Notes under the pieces: generated by a model
Database searches by the model: none
What the model saw: the letters and a program-made list of their open reading frames with translations, nothing else
Told to the model about the DNA's origin: nothing
From: Octopus vulgaris
Lineage: Eukaryota
Assembly: GCA_951406725.2 (NCBI GenBank)
Contig: OX597822.1
Coordinates: 43,606,001 to 43,668,000 of the forward strand
Direction of reading: 5' to 3'
Length of the DNA stretch: 62,000 nucleotides
Program-made: the position numbers and the translations under genes
Shown here: positions 55,589 through 62,000 of the stretch, one piece after another
Layout of the letters: each line of letters opens with the position of its first letter
How positions within the stretch are numbered: the stretch's first letter is position 1

Positions 55589-56020
55589 GCTAGAAATAGT
55601 AGCTAAATGGAATGTAAACATGGCAGTTTGACCCTCTAGATATAGTAGCTAAATGGCACGTTTATGGTGTAGCTTGAACTGCTGGAAATAGCAGGTAACC
55701 GAAACGTCTATATGGTTACATGTCTTGCTAAAATAGCGGCTAAATAGGACGTCTACATGGTAGCTTGAGCCGCTAGAAATAGCAGTTAAACTGAACGTGT
55801 AGATGGCACTTTGACTTGCTAGAAATAGCAGCTAAATGGAAGGTCTACGTGGAAGCTTGATCTGATAGAAATGGTGGTTAAAAGAAACGTCTTCATGCTA
55901 GCTTGACCTGCGCGAAATAGCAGCTAAACGAAACGTTTACGTAGTAGTTTTTCCTGTTAGAAATAACAGCTAACTGGAATGTCTACGTGGTAGACTGACT
56001 TGCTAGAAATAGCAGCTAAA
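55589..56020. repeat. 46-bp minisatellite, ~9.4 diverged units
   Basis: Unit ~gctagaaatagcagctaaatggaacgtctacatggtagcttgacct. First and last starts are 413 bp apart (9 periods). Confidence 0.9.
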
Positions 56021-57664
56021 TCCACCTCAAGTATTATCCAATTTCCTTGAATAAGGAAATGATGCATTGGATAATGTATTCTTGGAGACGCCTGAAAATC
56101 ATTTAGTCACCGGTCTGGTCAATTAGGATTGACCTAGGGTTAAACAACAACAGCAACAAAAGCAGCAGAAACAGCAACAATAGCTGCAGCAGCAACAATA
56201 GCAATACACTAGTAATTTAATCGGGCGCTCTACCGATTCTAGACCACTGTAAATGAATCTATTAATCTGCTTCGCATTGAAAACAGAATCTCTTCAGATT
56301 TTTAGATTTATTGTCGATTTACAACAATGGGAGGCAACAGCAAAATTAAAGACAACAACAAGAAGTGGCTGGGAGGTTGAGTGGGCGTGGATGGAGAAGG
56401 GTGAAGTGTTGGTGGAAGAGAGGGTTTTGGAATAAAATAAATGATGAAAATTCTTTAGCAGAAACAATGAATAATGATGAAAATGATGAACAATTCTTCA
56501 ACTGAGAGATAAAAAATAACGAACAAATAAAGAGACAAATATGAACATATAAATAAAACTAAAAGCAAACTGAATGAAAACTAAAGTGAGATAATTAAAA
56601 AATGACAATAATAACAACAACAACAGCAGCAGCAACAAAATACAATATTTTTAGGAAAAAATTCTATAAAACAAGCAAAAAAATAACAATTATGGACAAG
56701 GAATTATTTCTTCGGAACAAATGTCTATTGTTGAGATGTAAAATGAGAATGGAACTGAGGTGAAGTGAGATATGGTATAATCCAAAGGCTAGTAAAATAC
56801 TTGATTTTTCTCCTCGTCTTCTTTATCCTCCTCTTTATGAAACAAAGCCTACCAACGACCAGAGTAGCCATTTTTGTCCTTCTCTGAGAAGTTTAGATGC
56901 TTCTACCTACCAACCAACCAACCAGCCAGCCAGCCAGCCAACCATTCTCCCTCCCCTGTCAACCAACCAAATTCGCTACCATCTTCTCTCTGTCTCCTTA
57001 TGTAACAAAAGCCATCATTATTTTCTTTTTAACCCTTCGCAATGATTATTATTATTATTATTTTTCGTTGAATGATTAATGCATTTATTAATCATTTAAT
57101 AAAAGCACTGCCCCAGTATGGCCGTCGTACAATGACTGGAACAAGTAAAAGTAAAAGTTAAAGTTATATTTAATAATCCTGGCCACGAATCGATTTATCC
57201 GGAAGGGAACCAAAAAAAATTAACTTCAATTATTTTCCCCCTCTTCCTTCGATATTACGATACTCGTGTCATGAAAGCTGGTTGAATTAGGATAGAGGAT
57301 CGAATGGAGCCAAATGCAGTTCCATTTTATTATTCATTCATTTTAAATACGATACTGAATGAAACCTCATCATGCCTTTACCGTTTTATTTATCCTCTAG
57401 CAGGACTAACTGTCCAAGCTCGCCGCCATGTGTGATGCAAACGTAACTTCAGTTGTTTTGAGACTGTTTCTCGTCTTCAGCACTTGAGTCGGGATTGAAC
57501 TCAGACCGCAACGTACACATATTGTAAAGCATACTACCCGAGGCTCTAACGGCTCTGTCGACTGCCTTAAAATTGACAACGTACAACACCTGGTCAAACA
57601 CTTTCAACTCTGTCTGACGGGTATCCATTTGACAGACTGAATGCGCTAATACGGGTGTCATATT

Positions 57665-57898
57665 TAATTCTTTATTGCCTACAGGGAGGCTAAACATAGA
57701 GGGGACAAACAAGGAGAGACAAAGGGATTAAATCGATTACATCGATCCCAGTGCGTAACTGGTACTTATTTAATCGACTCCGAAAGGATGAAAGGCAAAG
57801 TCGACCTCGGCGGAATTTGAACTCGGAACGTAGCGGCAGACGAAATACTGGTAAGCGTTTCACACGGCACGCTAACGTTTCTGCCAGCTCGCTGCCCT
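57665..57898 (-). mobile_element. SINE family B with 16-bp TSD
   Basis: TSD atacgggtgtcatatt at 57649-57664 and 57899-57914. Confidence 0.92.
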
Positions 57899-57949
57899 AT
57901 ACGGGTGTCATATTACCTTACCGAGTGTACCGTTACAGATATCAAATTG

Positions 57950-58280
57950 GTAAACTGGTACTCCGTCGGCGGCGACGACAAGGACTCCAGTTGATCTAAT
58001 CAACGGAACAGCCTGCTCATGAAGTTAACGTGCAAGTGGCTGAGCACTCACCAAACACAAGTACCCTTAACGTAGTTCTCAGGGTAATTCAGCGTGACAC
58101 AGAATGCGACAAGGCTGGCCTCTTGAATTACTCGTATAATTCTATTTCGCCAGCAGAATGGACTGAAGCAACATGCAATAAAGTGTCTTGCTTAAGGACA
58201 TAATACACTGCTGAGTACCGGGCCTCACAACCTTCTAATCGTGAACCGTATACCCTGATCACTCAGCCACGTGACCTCAC
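57950..58280 (-). mobile_element. SINE family C with 10-bp TSD
   Basis: TSD tatcaaattg at 57940-57949 and 58281-58290; tail cgtcgccgccgacggagtacc. Confidence 0.85.
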
Positions 58281-58486
58281 TATCAAATTGATATAGCAAT
58301 TACGGCCATACGGGTACGGAACTGGCGCAATAAATGCGACTATACGGGTTTGAAACTGATAAATACCGGACACAATTACGAATATAATATTACTGAACAA
58401 GGGGAAATTCCCAGGCCGAACTCTACTTTAAGAGGGCTCTTGTTCTGCAGATTTAGAATTAGATATCTGTTCTGTATGGAAGGGAG

Positions 58487-58720
58487 GAAGGCGCATGGCA
58501 TAGTGGTGAAGATGACGCAGCTGGGGTTTTTATTCCCGGACCGCTCAGTGCTTTGTGTTCTTGAGCCAATAAACATGATTTCACGTTGCTCTACTCCATT
58601 CCACTCAACTGTAAAAGATGGACTAATTCCACGATGGACTGGCGTCCCGTTGAAATTTCTGTCCCCGGTCACTTCCACCTTGAAAATCGGGTAATTTGCC
58701 CTTTGAGTCCTAGCACCCAA
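58487..58720 (+). mobile_element. tRNA-derived SINE, degenerate
   Basis: ggcgcatggcatagtggtgaag..gtgttcttgagc..gatggactggcgtcccg. Confidence 0.7.
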
Positions 58721-59782
58721 AACAGTAATTATTTACTTCTTGGATGGGATACATAGTAAGTTGTGTGTGTGTGTGTGTGTGTGTGTGTTTGTGTTGTGAT
58801 CGTGATAGGCGTAAAGATAGATAATTCTTTGACGGAATATGAATCGTTTTGTGAAATGTTTGGCTTCGTGATAATGAAAGAAACCTGCGATATGTGGTCG
58901 CTCTAGAAATAACTAAGATTTCCCTCAACTCCCTAAACTGTTAAACCAGGAAGATGGTATTGATAATGTAGTCTACTGTATACATTGGTTGGAGCAAAAT
59001 AAATGAGACGGTTACGGCGGGAATACATTCGACAACTCATCGTGTTCCAACCTGAATTCCGTTCGTCTTTACGTTCCGAACTGAAATTCCGCCGAGGTGG
59101 TCTTTGCCTTTCATCCTAAGAACTATTTAATTAAATCACTGAAAATCAAACAGAACGCTAATGCGGATCAACATCGGATCACCATCGGATCAACTGGAAT
59201 CAGCATCATTGTAACCGGCGTAGTGCCAGTTAATCACTTTGATATCCATATCAAAGGTAATGTGATATGGGTATTAGCGCATTCAGTTTATCAGTCAATA
59301 AAGTGAGTACCAATAGAGTACGAGAGTCGATGTCAATGATTTACCGTTCCCCTAAACTTGTTGGCAATGTGCCAAAGCTTGAAATCAATACTAAAGTGGC
59401 AAAGTATCGATCGATCCCGAAATGGTGAAACGCAACGTTAACTTCGGTGAGAATCGAACACAGAACGTGTGGAACTGTGGAACTGGAAACAATAAAGTAA
59501 ATCGTATTGTGATGGACTTCTAAATGACTCGGCTAATTAGGCATGTTTACCGTTCCTTACCTTACGCAAAATAATCACATGTTTACACACAGCGATGATA
59601 TCACAATTCTTAAATTTAACAGGGAAATGAGTGGGTATGTTGGTGTAATCAGCCAGTACACTCGTCGTCAAAATAAGGGCTTTCGGCTCGATTCTAACGC
59701 CTGCTAATGCCATTTTCTCCCCTCGGGTTTCTGTATCCCCTAATTTTAGATACTATTTTCTATAATCAATATAGTGAAAGTT

Positions 59783-59828
<46 letters not shown>

Positions 59829-59829
<1 letters not shown>

Positions 59830-60274
59830 CAAAAATAAATCTCTGAACGAGGTATAAACAGTAGCTACACGACATCGTGAAGTATATTTGCCACTTAAAT
59901 GTGGCTAACCCTTAAGGGTGGATGCTACTGTAGCTTGTAGCCCCAGGAGGACACCTCTTCCAGCTGGCTATTGACACACTTTCTGTACCTTATCAGTATT
60001 TTCAAAGGGAAGCCATCGTTCTCGTCCTCAACCTATGATACACACGGACTCGAGTTTCTGGGTATTGACCCGTCATCAGCGTATGAAAATCACTGGCTGT
60101 CGATGAAAAGTAAGCCTCCCTTTGCAAATATATATCCTTTTTCCAGTGACAAAAAGTCACTGATGTCGAAAAAGTGTAAACAAGCAAAAATATATCTCTG
60201 AGCGAGGTATAAACGGTAGCTGCACTACATCGTGAAGTATATGTGTCACTTAAATGTGGCTAACCCCTAAGGGT
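59829..60274 (-). mobile_element. hammerhead-containing repeat, ~1.25 units of a 355-bp period (retrozyme or Penelope pLTR-like)
   Basis: 59829-59919 is repeated at 60184-60274 (offset 355), with a hammerhead between. Confidence 0.6.
60041..60085 (-). ncRNA. type I hammerhead ribozyme motif
   Basis: Minus: CAUACG CUGAUGA C GGGU caau ACCC A GAAA CUCGAG UC CGUGUG. 6-bp stem I, palindromic stem III ACUCGAGU, GUC triplet; C.A mismatch at the base of stem II. Confidence 0.72.
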
Positions 60275-60296
60275 TACCCACATGATATATATATAA

Positions 60297-60340
<44 letters not shown>

Positions 60341-60589
60341 AGGTGGAAATCCACGCCACCATCTCTTCAGTTGTCCGGAAAAATGCTATGAAAAATGACC
60401 GTTATACAAAGGGAAATTACTGTGTGATTGACCGTTATTAAGACAAAAGAGCTATTTGAATGACCACTAAGTGAGGGGTGGGAGTAAAAGTAAGTGGGTA
60501 AAAATAGATCATAGTATTCGCGTTAGCGCGCATGTTCATAGTTGCACACGCGCGCCCGCACACACACGTGCGTGAACCTAAAAGTACAC

Positions 60590-61140
60590 ATTCATCCACC
60601 CTCACTTGAAAACCTACACATCCTCACTCGCACCATTCGCAAATGTATATACATACAAACCCCACCACTCACACGCGCACCATAAGGGTTCATACACACA
60701 TCTATATACGCACAAGCACAAGAAAATACAGGGCTAAGGGTAACAATACAGAAAAAAGGTATAAGGGTGTATACAAAGAGAAAACCACGTATATATACGC
60801 ACATACACTTATGCATGCACACACACGCTTATATTGCACATACCCGCACACGTTCATATACACACACACAAGCACGCGCTAAAAGGATCATACATACGTC
60901 TATATGCGCACACACACAAGAAAAAACAGGGCTAAAGGCAAAAATACAGGAAAATGTGTAAAAACACTGAGTAAAATACGTCTATATACACACGTACTCG
61001 CATGCTCGCACACACGCACACATCTATATACGCACATACCCGCACACACGCACACATCCACACGTGCGCACAAAAGATAACATAGACACGATTATATAGG
61101 CACAGGGAAAAATGCAGGGCGGAGGGTAGAATACAGAAAT
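60590..61140. repeat. CA-rich degenerate tandem repeat, 3 modules at ~190-bp spacing
   Basis: cacaagaaaatacagggctaaggg..aatacagaaa recurs near 60718, 60916 and 61100. Confidence 0.65.
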
Positions 61141-61180
61141 ATTATATGTAAAAAATATATAAGCAATAAACCTATAAACG

Positions 61181-61424
61181 TCACGATGTGTTGCAGCTAC
61201 TGTTTATAACTCGCTCTAAGATTTATTATTGCTTCTTTACACTTATTCGATATCAGTGTCTTTACGATACTGTAAAAAGTATATGTATTTGTGAAGGGAA
61301 CCTACTTTTCATCGACAACTGTGATTGTCACACACCGATGACGGGTCAATATCCAGAAACTCGAGTCCGTGTGTATCATAAGTTGGAGACGGAAAGTATG
61401 GCTTCCCTTTGCAAATACTGATAG
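61181..61424 (+). mobile_element. inverted second copy of the hammerhead-containing repeat
   Basis: Reverse complement of 59990-60235. Its hammerhead at 61329-61373 has core CCGAUGA (U4 to C). Confidence 0.75.
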
Positions 61425-61454
61425 GGCGCACAAAGTGTGTCTATAGCCAGAAAG

Positions 61455-61580
61455 TGTGTCTAAAGAGACCGGTAGAATAAGTACTAGCCTTACAAAGAAT
61501 AAGTCCTGGGGTCGATTTGCTCGACTAAAGCTGGTGCTCCAGCATGGCCACAGTCAAATGACTGAAGCAATTAAAAGAGT
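61455..61580 (+). mobile_element. SINE family A 3' end
   Basis: aagagaccggtagaataagtactagc..gtcgatttgctcgactaaagctggtgctccagcatggcc. Confidence 0.85.
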
Positions 61581-61636
61581 ATATATATATATATATATAT
61601 GCATATATACACATATGTATATATATATACATATAC

Positions 61637-61708
<72 letters not shown>

Positions 61709-61930
61709 ATATATGTATATATATATGTGTATATGTATATATATATATATACATATATGTATATGTATATATATATACATATATGTATATGTATATATAT
61801 ACATATATGTATATATATATATATATATATAGTTAATCCAAACAAGAAAACACAGAAAAAAAGAGAAAAAACACAGCAACGCAGGACGTGGAACAATTAA
61901 AGTATTATTGACGCTCAGGAAAGAAGGGAA

Positions 61931-61970
61931 GGAGGGTTTAACGTTTCGAGCGGAGCTCTTCGACGGAAAC
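61931..61970 (-). ncRNA. degenerate minimal hammerhead-like motif
   Basis: Minus: GUUU CCGUCGA A GAGC ucc GCUC GAAA CG UU AAAC. Stems I-III form; two core substitutions relative to CUGACGA. Confidence 0.45.
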
Positions 61971-62000
61971 AAGGAGAAGGAAAGGTCCCAAGGAGGGAAG

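Noticed and set aside
57424-57490. Perfect Kozak GCCGCCATG with a hydrophobic start
   Set aside because: Stops after 19 codons and runs into a minus-strand SINE head relic.

Overview
AT-rich, microsatellite-saturated animal DNA. The SINE families and repeat landscape suggest an octopus/cephalopod genome (inference from recall, not a search). No rRNA, tRNA gene or CRISPR is present, and almost all ORF-track entries are microsatellite artefacts. Mobile content: three decayed copies of one D,D34D mariner family plus two other Tc1/mariner relics; two young, highly similar head-to-tail R4/Dong-like RLE LINEs stacked in (AAT)n tracts with two older RLE fragments; at least three Penelope-like (GIY-YIG) fragments; a Ty3/Gypsy gag-protease-RT relic; two non-autonomous Helitrons; and many tRNA-derived SINEs of three families. 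Not visible in the ORF track: (1) five type-I hammerhead-ribozyme-like motifs from four unrelated sequence families, one within a 355-bp periodic unit that looks like a retrozyme; (2) a phase-consistent chain of small plus-strand exons (27.6-52.8 kb) whose translation resembles an ependymin-related protein; (3) a near-perfect ~730-bp palindrome and other long inverted repeats; (4) a four-copy SINE concatemer inside one 20-bp TSD, a 196-bp TSD-like duplication, and minisatellites amplified from SINE segments.
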